Assembly (NCBI GenBank): GCA_041661425.1
Contig: JBAZUI010000002.1
Location: forward strand, 38-64,037
Length of the DNA: 64,000 nucleotides
Reading direction: 5' to 3'
DNA from: Patescibacteria group bacterium
GTDB lineage: Bacteria; Patescibacteriota; Patescibacteriia; UBA9934
A model generated the notes under the pieces. That model was not told the origin of the DNA. It saw nothing but the letters and a program-made list of their open reading frames with translations, and did no database searches. Below are positions 28,397-39,535 of the stretch, piece by piece. A program made the translations under genes and the position numbers. Within the stretch, counting starts at the first letter, position 1; each line of letters starts with the position of its first letter.

Positions 28397-30397
28397 ATGA
28401 ACATCTCTTATCTTGCGCTCATCGTTGCCGCGGCAGCGATCGTCTACACCGGTTTTCTTATCCGATGGATTTTCAAACGTCCATCAGGCGAAGGAAAAAT
28501 GAAAGGAATCGCCTTAGCGATTCAAGAAGGTGCCAATGCCTACCTCTCTCGTCAGTATCGCGCTATCGCGATGGTGGGAATCATCATCTTCTTCCTTCTT
28601 GGCTTCTTCTTGAACTGGACCATGGCCATTGGCTTCCTGGTTGGAGCCATTCTTTCCGGGCTTGCCGGTTACATTGGCATGCTCGTTTCCGTTCGAGCCA
28701 ATGTCCGAACCGCTGAGGCGGCCAAACACGGGCTTTCAAAAGCGCTCGACGTTGCGGTTCGCGGAGGATCGGTCACGGGGTTATTCGTCGTGACTCTTGG
28801 ACTCATTGGTGTCGTGGGATTTTACCTTATCACGCACGACGTCACAGCCTTGGTTGGCCTTGGATTCGGGGGATCACTCATTTCCGTCTTCGCTCGACTT
28901 GGTGGGGGAATTTTTACAAAAGCGGCGGATGTTGGAGCTGACCTCGTTGGAAAAGTTGAAGCCGGAATTCCGGAAGACGATCCACGTAATCCTGCGGTCA
29001 TTGCAGATAATGTCGGCGATAACGTTGGGGATTGCGCTGGCATGGCCGCGGATCTTTTTGAAACCTATGCGGTTGCCATGATTGCTTCCATGCTTATTGG
29101 TGTACAAGTATTTGGTAATATCGAGGCAATAACAACCTTTCCGTTTGCGATAGGTGCGGTTGCAATCGTAGCTTCCATTATTGGGAGCCTCATGATCAAG
29201 GTTGGAAAATCCGGAACAATCATGACAGCACTTTATAAGGGAGTGATTTCCGCAGGATTGATCTCCGCGGCCGCTTTCTATCCAATGACTCAATGGATCT
29301 TGGGTGATATTGCTGGAATTAATGCCATGAACATTTATTGGTCACTTCTCGTTGGTCTTGCGGTTACTGCCTTAATGGTTGTGATCACGGAATACTATAC
29401 ATCGACCGAATATAAGCCGGTTCAACGCCTTGCCGCTGCCTCACAAACAGGTCATGGAACAAATATCATTTCCGGTCTTGCCCTTTCCATGCGTGCAACT
29501 GTTCTTCCAGTGCTCGTGATTGTTGCCGCGCTCATTGCCGCCTATAGCCTTGCTGGAATTTACGGCGCTGCCATGGCTGTGATGGCCATGCTTTCCCTCA
29601 CGGGAATTATTGTTACGCTCGATGCTTATGGACCGATTACGGATAATGCCGGTGGCATTGCCGAAATGGCGGAACTTTCCGATGAGGTTCGCGCGGTAAC
29701 CGATCCATTGGATGCTGTGGGAAATACCACAAAAGCCGTCACAAAAGGATACGCCATCGCTTCTGCCGGGCTCGCGGCAACCGTTCTCTTTGCCGGATAT
29801 ACCGAGGGATTGGCCGCTCATGGCGTTAATGTCGTTTTTGATCTTGCTGATCCTTACATCATTGCCGGATTGTTTATTGGTGGCCTTCTTCCGTATCTTT
29901 TCGCCTCCTATGCCATGGAAGCGGTTGGAAAAGCCGCAGGAAAAGTCGTTGAGGAAGTGCGACGTCAATTCCGCGAGATTAAGGGCATCATGGAAGGAAA
30001 GGAAAAGCCAGATTACAGCAAAGCCGTTGATATCGTCACAAAAGCGGCAATTGCGGAAATGTTTATTCCTGCGCTCCTTCCGGTGCTCGTCCCCATTGCG
30101 GTTGGATTCATCCTTGGCCCAGCCGCGCTCGGTGGATTGCTTATTGGAACGATTGTTACCGGACTTTTCCTTGCCATCTCCATGACAACCGGTGGTGGAG
30201 CCTGGGACAATGCAAAAAAATACATCGAGAAAGGGAATTACGGTGGCAAACATTCTCCAGCCCACCAAGCAGCCGTCACAGGCGATACGGTTGGCGACCC
30301 ATACAAAGATACTGCCGGGCCAGCCATCAACCCAATGATCAAGATCGTCAATATTGTTGCTTTGATCATTGTTCCATTGATTGTCGCTGTTCTTTAA
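28397..30397 (+). CDS. hppA: Membrane-bound H+-translocating pyrophosphatase, K+-independent type
   Basis: [34 protein letters not shown] (Lys determinant), [10 protein letters not shown]; TTGACA..TATGAT promoter at 28351-28380. Confidence 0.95.
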   Translation: MNISYLALIVAAAAIVYTGFLIRWIFKRPSGEGKMKGIALAIQEGANAYLSRQYRAIAMVGIIIFFLLGFFLNWTMAIGFLVGAILSGLAGYIGMLVSVRANVRTAEAAKHGLSKALDVAVRGGSVTGLFVVTLGLIGVVGFYLITHDVTALVGLGFGGSLISVFARLGGGIFTKAADVGADLVGKVEAGIPEDDPRNPAVIADNVGDNVGDCAGMAADLFETYAVAMIASMLIGVQVFGNIEAITTFPFAIGAVAIVASIIGSLMIKVGKSGTIMTALYKGVISAGLISAAAFYPMTQWILGDIAGINAMNIYWSLLVGLAVTALMVVITEYYTSTEYKPVQRLAAASQTGHGTNIISGLALSMRATVLPVLVIVAALIAAYSLAGIYGAAMAVMAMLSLTGIIVTLDAYGPITDNAGGIAEMAELSDEVRAVTDPLDAVGNTTKAVTKGYAIASAGLAATVLFAGYTEGLAAHGVNVVFDLADPYIIAGLFIGGLLPYLFASYAMEAVGKAAGKVVEEVRRQFREIKGIMEGKEKPDYSKAVDIVTKAAIAEMFIPALLPVLVPIAVGFILGPAALGGLLIGTIVTGLFLAISMTTGGGAWDNAKKYIEKGNYGGKHSPAHQAAVTGDTVGDPYKDTAGPAINPMIKIVNIVALIIVPLIVAVL

Positions 30398-30405
30398 TCA
30401 ATCAT

Positions 30406-30437
30406 AAAACCGCTGACGACATTCGCCGGCGGTTTTT
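30406..30437 (+). terminator. hppA terminator
   Basis: AAAACCGCTGACG...CGCCGGCGGTTTTT. Confidence 0.7.
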
Positions 30438-30539
30438 GTTATTGAATGGTTGACAAATCAGTAATTTTATCGTTAAATTTATTCGTCACGCGACCATCCG
30501 TGCATAAAGCTCGGATGCAACCGTTATGGGAGATTCACC

Positions 30540-30974
30540 ATGGATTTCTTTCACCTCTTCTTCTACTTGCTTGTCGGTGCTTTCACTGCGTCCTTGATTA
30601 GCCTTATCCAGCGCATCGGAAAGCAGAAAAAGATGGAATGCAAACTCCGTGACATGCAAAGGATGGCCGACGTCCTTGAGGCCAAAGTGTGGGACATGAA
30701 GCACAAATGCCATGACGTCGAGAGGATTGCTGACGACCTCGGCACGGTGATCGTGAACGAGATCAAGGGGCGCAAACCGCACATTGAGCGGACTCCCTTC
30801 AAAGGTGAGGATGGAACGGACAAGGAGTGCTTCCTTGTGTGGAACGGCGCCATCCTGACCGACGGGGAAGAAATCAGAGAAAGCGATCACGGACGAGCCT
30901 ACGAGGTCGTCGCGGTGACCCTCGACAAGGACGGGCTCTGTACCAGGGCCAAGGTCATCCCGCCCCGGTTCTGA
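30540..30974 (+). CDS. GC-rich orphan membrane-anchored protein
   Basis: GGGAG SD, N-terminal TM + coiled coil, own TTGACA promoter (30450) and 3' hairpin GCCGACC..GGTCGGC. Confidence 0.7.
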   Translation: MDFFHLFFYLLVGAFTASLISLIQRIGKQKKMECKLRDMQRMADVLEAKVWDMKHKCHDVERIADDLGTVIVNEIKGRKPHIERTPFKGEDGTDKECFLVWNGAILTDGEEIRESDHGRAYEVVAVTLDKDGLCTRAKVIPPRF

Positions 30975-31100
30975 CCCTCTCAGCGCTTCCTTCTTCTCCT
31001 GCCGACCCCTCGTGGTCGGCGTTTGGCTTTTAAATGGTTTTCTATACAAAACCGTTGACAGCATCATTATTTTCGCTTAGACTTTGCACAAAACTAACCT

Positions 31101-32381
31101 ATGCATACTCTTGAAATCAAAGACAATAAAGCCATTTTCACCCTCACCATTCCAGCCGATGAAGTGCTCCACGGCATGAAACATGCGGCCGAGCATATGA
31201 GCGAGGAATCGTCCATTCCTGGTTTTCGTCCTGGAAAAGCACCTTATGAGGTTGTAAAACAACGTGTTGGGGAAATGAAACTCCTGGAAGCCGCGGCTGA
31301 AGAGCTTATTCGAAAAGCCTTCGTGGAAGCCATGATTGCCGAGGATCTTGAAACGCTTGGCCAACCCTATTTTAATGCGGTCAAAATGGCACCTGGAAAC
31401 GACATGGTGATTACGGCCGAAGTCGCACTCTATCCAAAGATTATTGAGCTTGCCGATTTCAATAAGTTGTCTGTTGAGAGAAAAAACGTAGAACCCACAA
31501 AAGAGACAATCGAATCTGCAAAAAAAGAGCTTGCAACCATGCAAACAAAGGAAGTACGAAAAACCGCTGGTGAAATCCTTGAAAAAGGCGATAAAGCTGT
31601 TGTGAACCTTGTCATGAAAAAAGACGGAGTTGTGCTTGAAGGTGGGGAAGGACAAAATCACGGCATTTATACGGGCGAAGCTCATTACATCGATGGCATG
31701 GTTGATAAAATCCTCGGCGCAAAAGAAGGGGAAGAGAGAACATTCACACTTCCATTTCCAAAAGACCATTATCAAAAGCATTTAGCAGGACAAAATATCG
31801 ATTTTACAGTGACTGTGAAGGAGATCTTCCGGCTTGAGGCCCCAACGATCGATGACGCTTTTGCAAAGACGCTTGGATTTGATTCGCTTGCAAAACTCGA
31901 GGAAAAACTCTTGGAAAACCTCCGTGCGGAAAACCAACACGAGGAAGAAATCCGTGAGGATCGTGAAATCCTTGATCTTTTAGCAGAAAAATCGAAATTC
32001 GAGGAAATTCCGGATCTTCTGCTCAATCAAGAAATCGAAAAGATGATCCAGGAGCTTCAGCATTCAATAAAAGAGCGCGGGCTTGAATTCGAGGCCTACC
32101 TCAAGTCAATCAACAAATCACTTGCGGATTTAAAGCTTGATTTCTCTGCTCCGGCCCTCCGTCGCGTTCAGGTTGGTTTGATTCTCAAAAAAATCAGTGA
32201 GGATCAAAAAATCATTGTCCCAGAGGATGTCATCGATAAAGAATTAGATGATATTGCGGCAGAATACGATAACGCGGAAATCAAAAAACGCGTTTACGAG
32301 CCCGTCTATCGTGAGTACGTTCGCCATCAAAAGAAAAATCGCATGACGATTGATTTCCTCAAATCAAAAATGGTCAAATAA
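31101..32381 (+). CDS. tig: Trigger factor
   Basis: IPGFRPGKAP; FKBP-like FPKDY...LAG. Confidence 0.95.
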   Translation: MHTLEIKDNKAIFTLTIPADEVLHGMKHAAEHMSEESSIPGFRPGKAPYEVVKQRVGEMKLLEAAAEELIRKAFVEAMIAEDLETLGQPYFNAVKMAPGNDMVITAEVALYPKIIELADFNKLSVERKNVEPTKETIESAKKELATMQTKEVRKTAGEILEKGDKAVVNLVMKKDGVVLEGGEGQNHGIYTGEAHYIDGMVDKILGAKEGEERTFTLPFPKDHYQKHLAGQNIDFTVTVKEIFRLEAPTIDDAFAKTLGFDSLAKLEEKLLENLRAENQHEEEIREDREILDLLAEKSKFEEIPDLLLNQEIEKMIQELQHSIKERGLEFEAYLKSINKSLADLKLDFSAPALRRVQVGLILKKISEDQKIIVPEDVIDKELDDIAAEYDNAEIKKRVYEPVYREYVRHQKKNRMTIDFLKSKMVK

Positions 32382-32408
32382 TTGAGCCCCGCAAGGGGCT
32401 CCTTCATT

Positions 32409-32654
32409 ATGCTGATTGAAGTTCACGTTCGTCCAAATACAAAAAAGAATCAAATTGACTCTTTTCTTGCCCCAAATATTTTTCATGTTTCGCTCCACGC
32501 ACTCGCCAAGGAAGGTGAAGCGAATAACGCACTTTTGCGAGTCCTCGCAGATCATCTTCACATCGCTCCATCGCTTATTACCCTAAAACGCGGTGAAAAA
32601 TCTCGGATAAAACTCCTCGAAATCCCAAACGGAACACCATTTCCGCTCAGTTAA
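32409..32654 (+). CDS. DUF167 (YggU) family protein
   Basis: VHVRPN...EGEANNAL...RGEKSRIK. Confidence 0.85.
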   Translation: MLIEVHVRPNTKKNQIDSFLAPNIFHVSLHALAKEGEANNALLRVLADHLHIAPSLITLKRGEKSRIKLLEIPNGTPFPLS

Positions 32655-32910
32655 CAGAATCCACTCCTCCCGAGGACCAAGGGTGGCAACGAAGAATGCG
32701 CCAAATTCCAAGGGCAATGCCACGGAATACTCCTTTTTTCAAAATTGCCTGACGCGAATATTCCGAACAACTCGGATAAAACCGACAAAAACCGTAAGGA
32801 TAAGAATACTTTAGCCAACCGTGATCGGGTGAAAACGTTTTTTGATACAAAACAATAGGGCCTGTCGCGCAAATGCGACAAAACTTTATGAACTTTTGTT
32901 TTCCTGCCAT
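32647..32910 (-). CDS. yidD: Membrane protein insertion efficiency factor
   Basis: [22 protein letters not shown]. Confidence 0.93.
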   Translation of the reverse strand: MAGKQKFIKFCRICATGPIVLYQKTFSPDHGWLKYSYPYGFCRFYPSCSEYSRQAILKKGVFRGIALGIWRILRCHPWSSGGVDSVN

Positions 32911-33242
32911 ACTTTCCCTTTCTTGAAAATCGCGATTAGTCCTGTTTCTTTTTCCGCAAAAGGAATGTCGAGCGCTTTTTTTGAAGGAAGAAGAATAAAA
33001 TCACAGCCCGCAACGATATTTTCAAGATGTTTCTGGATTATTTCTCGATATTGACGACGGAGATAATTTCTCTTCACAGCACTTTTATGGACTTTTATTC
33101 CCGCAACAATAGCAAAACGAGAAGCATCTAGGCCGTTCTTCCTAAATTTAACGCCACAGATAGGATCAAAAATGCTTTTTCCTGAGGAAAAAACAAGATC
33201 AATGTCTTTTTTATTTCGCAGTCGATGTTCTTGAGGTAGCAT
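32886..33242 (-). CDS. rnpA: Ribonuclease P protein component
   Basis: [18 protein letters not shown]; between rpmH and yidD. Confidence 0.92.
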   Translation of the reverse strand: MLPQEHRLRNKKDIDLVFSSGKSIFDPICGVKFRKNGLDASRFAIVAGIKVHKSAVKRNYLRRQYREIIQKHLENIVAGCDFILLPSKKALDIPFAEKETGLIAIFKKGKVWQENKSS

Positions 33243-33267
33243 ACCCACTCATTCTAATTGAAATAAC

Positions 33268-33292
33268 AAAAGAAGGGGAGACCCCTTCTTTT
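33268..33292 (-). terminator. Hairpin after rpmH
   Basis: AAAAGAAGGGG-aga-CCCCTTCTTTT. Confidence 0.7.
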
Positions 33293-33444
33293 TATCGTGG
33301 ACGCGCTTTTACGACTAATCGCTTACGTCCTTTTGCGCGGCGGCGCTTGAGAACATTTCGTCCGTCCTTTGAGGACATGCGGGCACGGAATCCATGTACT
33401 TTTGCGCGGCGGCGCTTCTTTGGCTGATATGTTCGACGTGGCAT
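33292..33444 (-). CDS. rpmH: 50S ribosomal protein L34
   Basis: Below ORF-track cutoff; translated by hand [43 protein letters not shown]. Confidence 0.95.
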   Translation of the reverse strand: MPRRTYQPKKRRRAKVHGFRARMSSKDGRNVLKRRRAKGRKRLVVKARPR

Positions 33445-33513
33445 AGACCATTTGCTTCAATAAAGTGAGGGAAAAATACCATAGCACTTGCCAAATGTCA
33501 AACAATAGGCTTG

Positions 33514-33603
33514 CTATCCACAGATAGATATACTTATCCACAGTGCATCCCCAGAATCCTCACATTTTTATCGCTTGAGACCTGTGGATAGGTAGTATAC
33601 AAT
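33514..33603 (+). promoter_or_regulatory. dnaA promoter region with DnaA boxes
   Basis: CTATCCACA 33514, TTATCCACA 33534, TGTGGATAG 33583 lying inside TTGAGA-17-TACAAT. Confidence 0.75.
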
Positions 33604-33646
33604 GACCCCGTCGTCGATTTAAAACCTCAGGGTTACCTCTTGTCTT

Positions 33647-35044
33647 ATGAACACCCACGAATTGTGGCAGTCCGCACTTGGGCAGCTTGAACTCAAGTTG
33701 AGTAAGGCCCATTTTACAACTTGGTTTCGCAATACTTTCATTGCGGATTATTCCGAAGGGCATGTCATTATTGGGGTTCCAAACACCTTTACAAAAGCCT
33801 GGCTCGAAAAAAAATATCATCGTGACATTCTCGATTGCATTCAAAACATCACAGAACAACACATAAAACAGCTTGTCTATCGGGTGGAGACTCGCCCAAA
33901 CGAGCCCCAAACGATTATTTTCGGTCAAATTCCTGCAACGACTCCACTCAAAACAGAAGAACCGCGTGAGGACTATGGTTTTACGCCTTCTTCCTATGAA
34001 TCAAGTCCCTCACACGGGACGATCATCATCAACCCAGCCTATACATTTGGAACATTTGTCGTCGGCAAACACAACGAGCTAGCTCACGCGGCTGCTCAGG
34101 CGATTGCCGCCCAGCCAGGAGGGACTTATAACCCTCTTTTTGTCTACGGAGGAGTTGGCCTCGGAAAAACACACCTTTTGCACGCCGTTGGAAACGCAAT
34201 GCTTGAGCGAACCCCTAATGCGCATATCCTTTATGTGACGTGCGAGAAGTTCACTAATGACTTTATTCATGCCGTTCGTAGTGGGAAAGGGAAGGAATTC
34301 AAAGATCTCTATCGAAACGTTGACCTTCTCCTTATTGACGACATCCAATTTATTACCGGAAAAGAGGGAACTCAGGAAGAATTTTTTCATACCTTTAATT
34401 CCCTGCACCAGGAAAATAAACAAATCGTCATTTCCTCCGATCGCCCACCAAAAGCGATTGCCGCATTGGAAAAGCGTCTTCTTTCGCGTCTTGAATGGGG
34501 TATGCTCGTCGACATTGGGGCACCAGATCTTGAAACACGCATTGCCATCCTTCAAACAAAGTGCCAAAAACGCTCCATTGAACTTTCACGGGAGATCCTT
34601 CACTTTGTCGCTTCCAATATCTCATCCAATGTCCGTGAACTCGAAGGAGCACTTAACAAAATCATTGCGTTCCATCAATTTAAAAACATCGAACCTTCTT
34701 TAGAATCTGTAAAACCCCTCATCGCAAGTTTTGAGTTGAGCTCCATTCGAAAAACAATCTCTCCAAAACAGATCATCATCACGGTTTCCGAATATTTCGA
34801 CATTGCCGTCAACGATGTTTTGGGAAAAAGCCGTGAAAAACGCCTCGCATTTCCACGACAAATCATCATGTTCCTCTTACGAGAAGAAATGAAAAGCTCT
34901 TATCCAACAATCGGCACAGAGCTTGGAGGTCGCGATCATACCACTGCAATGCATGCCTATACAAAAATACAGGGCTTGGTAAAAAACGATGAGCAATTAA
35001 AACGTGATCTTGACCTCATCAAGCAGAAACTTTACTCAGGTTAG
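33647..35044 (+). CDS. dnaA: Chromosomal replication initiator DnaA
   Basis: YNPLFVYGGVGLGKTHL, LLIDDIQF, QEEFFHTFN, NVRELEGAL, GGRDHTT. Confidence 0.98.
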   Translation: MNTHELWQSALGQLELKLSKAHFTTWFRNTFIADYSEGHVIIGVPNTFTKAWLEKKYHRDILDCIQNITEQHIKQLVYRVETRPNEPQTIIFGQIPATTPLKTEEPREDYGFTPSSYESSPSHGTIIINPAYTFGTFVVGKHNELAHAAAQAIAAQPGGTYNPLFVYGGVGLGKTHLLHAVGNAMLERTPNAHILYVTCEKFTNDFIHAVRSGKGKEFKDLYRNVDLLLIDDIQFITGKEGTQEEFFHTFNSLHQENKQIVISSDRPPKAIAALEKRLLSRLEWGMLVDIGAPDLETRIAILQTKCQKRSIELSREILHFVASNISSNVRELEGALNKIIAFHQFKNIEPSLESVKPLIASFELSSIRKTISPKQIIITVSEYFDIAVNDVLGKSREKRLAFPRQIIMFLLREEMKSSYPTIGTELGGRDHTTAMHAYTKIQGLVKNDEQLKRDLDLIKQKLYSG

Positions 35045-35296
35045 TGGATAGAAGGTGAATATCCCCATCCAAAAAGGTGGATAAAACTCCGCATAACTCA
35101 GGGGATAAGAAGGAGATAACCAAATGAAAAATTTATCACTTACTTCATCCCCCTTAACTGCACCACTCCACACAGCAGTCATACACAAACGCTCTAACAG
35201 AATCATCGCGCTGCCACAAGCTCAAATGAGTTATCCACGCTATCCACACCCCTTACTATTATTACTGTCATATATAACTAATTAATTTTCTTCCCT
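35045..35296. other. Replication origin oriC (dnaA-dnaN intergenic)
   Basis: Multiple DnaA boxes; tandem boxes 35231-35248, CCCC, TACTATTATTAC trios, AT-rich tract. Confidence 0.85.
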
Positions 35297-36421
35297 GTGA
35301 AATTTTCATGCACCAGAGAGAATCTTCATCAAGGACTCTCCATAACAAGTCGCGTAGGAGGAAAAAATGTTAATCTTCCAATCCTTAGTAATGTCTTAGT
35401 TCGAGCTGATGGGGGAGGAATAAAGTTAATATCAACGAATCTTGAAATTGCGATCTCTTGTTCTATCCGAGGAAAAGTTGATCAAGATGGAGAATATACG
35501 GTTCCTGCAAAACTTTTCTTTGATTATGTGAATCTTTTGCCAAATGAGCGTGTTGATGTTGATTTACTTGATAATGCGATTTTTGTTGGTTGTGGCAATG
35601 CAAAGACGAAGATCCACGGAATTCCTGCAACGGAATTTCCACTTATTCCTCCAGTTGGAGGCGGGACCGTCTATTCAATTGGTGTTGCAAATTTCTCACA
35701 AGCACTTTCGCAAGTTTTATTTGCTGCTGCCACAAATGAATCACGTCCTGAACTCTCTGGGATCCTCCTCAACTTCGATGAACAGGGAAAACTAATATTC
35801 GCCGCTACTGATAGCTATCGCCTCTCTGAAGTTGAATTAAAGCTTCCAGTGCCCCAAGCAAATAAAGTCATCGTACCGCAACGGACACTTTCGGAGCTAA
35901 ATCGTATTTTGAGTATTTTTCGCGATGATGTTGAAGCACCAAGTGCTGTTGAAATTCGTTTATCCGATAATCAGATTGTCTTTCAGTATGGTTCAGTAGA
36001 GCTTACCTCGCGCGTGATTGAGGGATCCTACCCCGATTATAAGCAAATTATCCCAACGCAAGTAAAGACCGAGGTTCTGTTGGATTGCGCAGAGTTTCAA
36101 CAGGCGGTAAAAACCGTGAGTCTCTTCTCAAAAACAGGACTTTTTGATGTGACCCTTGGGTTTGATGCCACAAATCAGCAGATGGAGGTATCGGCGTCAG
36201 ACAAAACACGTGGAGAAAATACGGTGATATTGAAGGCGGCGATTCAGGGGGTGGAAAATCGTGTTGTTCTCAACTTTCGGTATCTTTTGGATGGACTCAA
36301 TGCGATTTCTTCCTCACAAATCACATTTAAGATGATTGATGGCATGAATCCCTGTCTTCTTTTGCCAAAAGAAATGCCCAATGAATCGTTCCAGTACATC
36401 ATCATGCCAATTAGGCAATAG
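35297..36421 (+). CDS. dnaN: DNA polymerase III beta clamp
   Basis: LPILSNVL, STNLE, ATDSYRL, YPDY..IIP, IMPIR. Confidence 0.97.
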   Translation: MKFSCTRENLHQGLSITSRVGGKNVNLPILSNVLVRADGGGIKLISTNLEIAISCSIRGKVDQDGEYTVPAKLFFDYVNLLPNERVDVDLLDNAIFVGCGNAKTKIHGIPATEFPLIPPVGGGTVYSIGVANFSQALSQVLFAAATNESRPELSGILLNFDEQGKLIFAATDSYRLSEVELKLPVPQANKVIVPQRTLSELNRILSIFRDDVEAPSAVEIRLSDNQIVFQYGSVELTSRVIEGSYPDYKQIIPTQVKTEVLLDCAEFQQAVKTVSLFSKTGLFDVTLGFDATNQQMEVSASDKTRGENTVILKAAIQGVENRVVLNFRYLLDGLNAISSSQITFKMIDGMNPCLLLPKEMPNESFQYIIMPIRQ

Positions 36422-36451
36422 AAAAGAGTCGTTTGCGGTAACAAGAAAATT

Positions 36452-36482
36452 AAAACCCCCTCGAGATATTCGAGGGGGTTTG
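36452..36482. terminator. Terminator between dnaN and PBP gene
   Basis: AAACCCCCTCGA-gatat-TCGAGGGGGTTT. Confidence 0.75.
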
Positions 36483-36491
36483 AAATTTCGA

Positions 36492-39377
36492 TCAAAGAGA
36501 TGATGCGGGGTCGGTGACAAGAACTCGGACAGGCGAAGTGTCAATGAGGCTTCCGCCCGTGCTTGCTTGTGCGGTGAGAATGTAATCACCGGCACTTGGA
36601 AGCGTCCAGGTGAAAGTTGCAAAGTTTTCCGGATTGTAAACAGTCCCAATGGTCGCAACGCTCCCGGTGACGGCATTTGTCGCCTTGAGTGTTAAAGAAT
36701 CGTAGGTGTCGATATCTCTTCCCTCAACCACCACCGTATAAGTTGGCTGTGTTTTCTCAATGGTTTGGCTATTAAATGGATTGGTGATATTGAATCGCGT
36801 ATAACTACCAGAGGATGTGATTGAAAGCTCGACGCTATCAGCATTTTTATTATCGACGTCATCGTAGGCCACGGCATTGAGGACGTGTAATCCTGATTCG
36901 ACCCAGCTTGGGAGCGTTATCGTTGTTCCAGATCGACTGGTTGATGTCTGAACATACTCATCATTGATGTAATACTCAACACGTGAGACTCCTCGAGGAG
37001 CGGAAGTGGAAATCGAGACATTAAAACTACTGCCCACGCTATCGCGGTTATCTGGGGAGAGGATTTCGATGGTTGGTTGATTCCCCGGGACGTGGACATC
37101 ATCATATTCAGTGGGAACATCACAATTTTCCATGGCAACTTCGCCATCCGCAAGGCTGGCATTACGCTCGGCAATATAGCTTTGAACTGCAGATTCCCAG
37201 TAATTGAAATAAGGGTCTTTTTCCGGGTTGCTTGGGATAGCGCCGAGCGGATTCGAACGATCAACGTAATAGAGAATATCGTGATATTCGCCGCACATCA
37301 CTGTTTTTTTGAAGCGATCTGGCGTGGCTTCGGTTGCGAGTTTCCCGGAAGCGGTATCAATTGTGACGGTTGTTGTTGGCATTTGGCCATCGAGTACAGC
37401 TTTTCCGGTTGTTGGAATGGATGGGCTTGGGAAATATTCAATGGGCGTTCCATCGAGAGAAGATCGCATGAATGAATTCCAAATTGGACCGGCAACAACC
37501 GATCCGTCAGCTCCGCGTTTCATGGCCGTGCCATCGGTGTTTCCAACCCAAACACCTGCGGCAAGCGATGGAGTGTATCCAACGGTCCAAGCATCCTTAT
37601 AATCATTTGTGGTTCCAGTTTTCACCCCAACCGGGCGCGATCCAAGGGTTAAATAACTGCTGGCACCGAAAATATAGGTGCGTGCTTCATTGTCGGAAAG
37701 GACATTGGAAATCATATTGGCGATATTCGCCTCAAGAACCTGTGATCCTTCTTCCTCGAGTTTATTTTCGTAGAGGATATTCGCTTTCGAGTCTTCAACT
37801 TTTAGAATTGAGAGCGGTTCGTGATACTTTCCTTCATCGGCAAAGACCCCAAAAGCCGCCACATGGTCGATGAGTTTGACTTCAGCGCCGCCCAAAACAA
37901 TGGCAAGTCCGAAATTCGACCGATCTTCAAATGTCGTATAACCAAGGCGTTCGGCAAAGTCGAGTGCATTGGAAACGCCCACAAGATAGAGCGTCTTTAC
38001 CGCTGGAATATTGAGTGATCCCTGGAGAGCCTTTCGCATGGTGAGAAGCCCATATTCTTTGAGTGTATAGTTTTTTGGCTCATACATCCCGGTCGACGTG
38101 GGGAATTGGGTTTCAACATCCCAAAGAAGAGTATTCGGGGTATATCCCTTTTCGAATGCGGCCGCGTAAACAATTGGCTTAAAACTACTTCCCGGTTGCA
38201 AGGGTTGCAACGTGACATTTACTTGACCTTGAATGTCGTCATTGAAGTAGTCGACGGAGCCAACCATGGCAAGAATTTCACCCGTGTTTGGGTCGAGAGC
38301 AAGGAGACCGGCATTATTGAAGCCATAAGAGGTTCCTTTTGCATCGACCGTATCTTTCACGGCCTCTTCTGCATAAATTTGTTTCTCATAATCAAGTGTC
38401 GTGATGACGCGAAGTCCGCCTTGTTCGACCTCGGCCTCACCGAATTTTTCGACTAATTGTTCTTTGACCCAAAGGACAAAGTGCGGAGCAACCATATTGG
38501 AGATGTTGACGCGCACCGGAGTTTCCTCAGCAAGAGCGGCGTCAAGTTCCTCCTGAGTGATAAAGCCCAATTCCAACATGTCTCCGAGAATCCAATCTCG
38601 TCGACCCTTTAATTCTTCTGGATTATTAAGGAAAAAGCTTGGTCGATTAGGGAGAGCAGCGAGGGTTGCGGCTTCGGCCAGGGTGACATCGCTGATGTGT
38701 TTGCCGAAATAGGCTTGCGAGGCTGATTCAATGCCATAGTTCATGGACCCGTATGGGATTTCATTGAGGTAGAGCTGCATGATTTCATCTTTTGTATAGC
38801 GTTTTTCGAGCGCGAGCGACAAAATAATCTCCTTAATTTTCTGAATATAGGATTTTTCATGCGTAAGAATGGCGTTTTCAACAAGTTGTTGCGTAACCGT
38901 TGATGCCCCTTGGCCGGTTGGGTCGAGCGTGATGATATTGTTGATCATGGCGCGGATAATCCCCTTGATATCGATTCCGCCATGTTCGTAGAATTTTCGA
39001 TCTTCTGCGGTGATGGTCGCCTCAACCATGTAGGAGGGGATATCTGTCAGTTGAACAAGTGTGCGCTTTTCTGAGCCTGAAATTTCATACAGAAGATGCT
39101 CGCCCGTGCGATCGTAAATTTTTGTCGATTGCGCCACTTCGCGAATTGTGAGGGAATTTGGATCAGGAAGATCGCGTGAAAACCAAGCAAAGAGTCCCAA
39201 GAAGGCAATGGTGCCAAAAAGACAAAGTGCGATGCCCAAAAGCAGGACATTCTTAACAAACGCCCTTCTTGTGTGTTTATTGTGGAAAAAGCACTTGAAA
39301 AGTCGTTTTAGGAACGACCCGCTCGAGCGCACTCGCTCGGTTGCCCAGCTATGCCGGGATTTGAAGAATCGATTCAT
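36492..39377 (-). CDS. Class A penicillin-binding protein (PBP1A family) with C-terminal Ig-like domains
   Basis: EDRKFYEHGG, GASTVTQQL, SSFK, SLN, KTGT; Big-like tail. Confidence 0.93.
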   Translation of the reverse strand: MNRFFKSRHSWATERVRSSGSFLKRLFKCFFHNKHTRRAFVKNVLLLGIALCLFGTIAFLGLFAWFSRDLPDPNSLTIREVAQSTKIYDRTGEHLLYEISGSEKRTLVQLTDIPSYMVEATITAEDRKFYEHGGIDIKGIIRAMINNIITLDPTGQGASTVTQQLVENAILTHEKSYIQKIKEIILSLALEKRYTKDEIMQLYLNEIPYGSMNYGIESASQAYFGKHISDVTLAEAATLAALPNRPSFFLNNPEELKGRRDWILGDMLELGFITQEELDAALAEETPVRVNISNMVAPHFVLWVKEQLVEKFGEAEVEQGGLRVITTLDYEKQIYAEEAVKDTVDAKGTSYGFNNAGLLALDPNTGEILAMVGSVDYFNDDIQGQVNVTLQPLQPGSSFKPIVYAAAFEKGYTPNTLLWDVETQFPTSTGMYEPKNYTLKEYGLLTMRKALQGSLNIPAVKTLYLVGVSNALDFAERLGYTTFEDRSNFGLAIVLGGAEVKLIDHVAAFGVFADEGKYHEPLSILKVEDSKANILYENKLEEEGSQVLEANIANMISNVLSDNEARTYIFGASSYLTLGSRPVGVKTGTTNDYKDAWTVGYTPSLAAGVWVGNTDGTAMKRGADGSVVAGPIWNSFMRSSLDGTPIEYFPSPSIPTTGKAVLDGQMPTTTVTIDTASGKLATEATPDRFKKTVMCGEYHDILYYVDRSNPLGAIPSNPEKDPYFNYWESAVQSYIAERNASLADGEVAMENCDVPTEYDDVHVPGNQPTIEILSPDNRDSVGSSFNVSISTSAPRGVSRVEYYINDEYVQTSTSRSGTTITLPSWVESGLHVLNAVAYDDVDNKNADSVELSITSSGSYTRFNITNPFNSQTIEKTQPTYTVVVEGRDIDTYDSLTLKATNAVTGSVATIGTVYNPENFATFTWTLPSAGDYILTAQASTGGSLIDTSPVRVLVTDPASSL

Positions 39378-39535
39378 AAGATGTCCTTATTGTAGCAGAA
39401 CACCAGGTTCTCGCAATGGTAAAATTGGTTGATTTTAGCTAAAATTCGCCTTTTTTCATTGACGATTCGTGATTTTCATGATACCCTCTCGTTATCCTTT
39501 GGAATAAATCCCAGAGGTTTTTTAATTGATTTCCT

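Noticed and set aside
29441-31781. Long minus-strand ORFs opposite hppA, the orphan cassette and tig
   Set aside because: Antisense shadows of well-supported genes.
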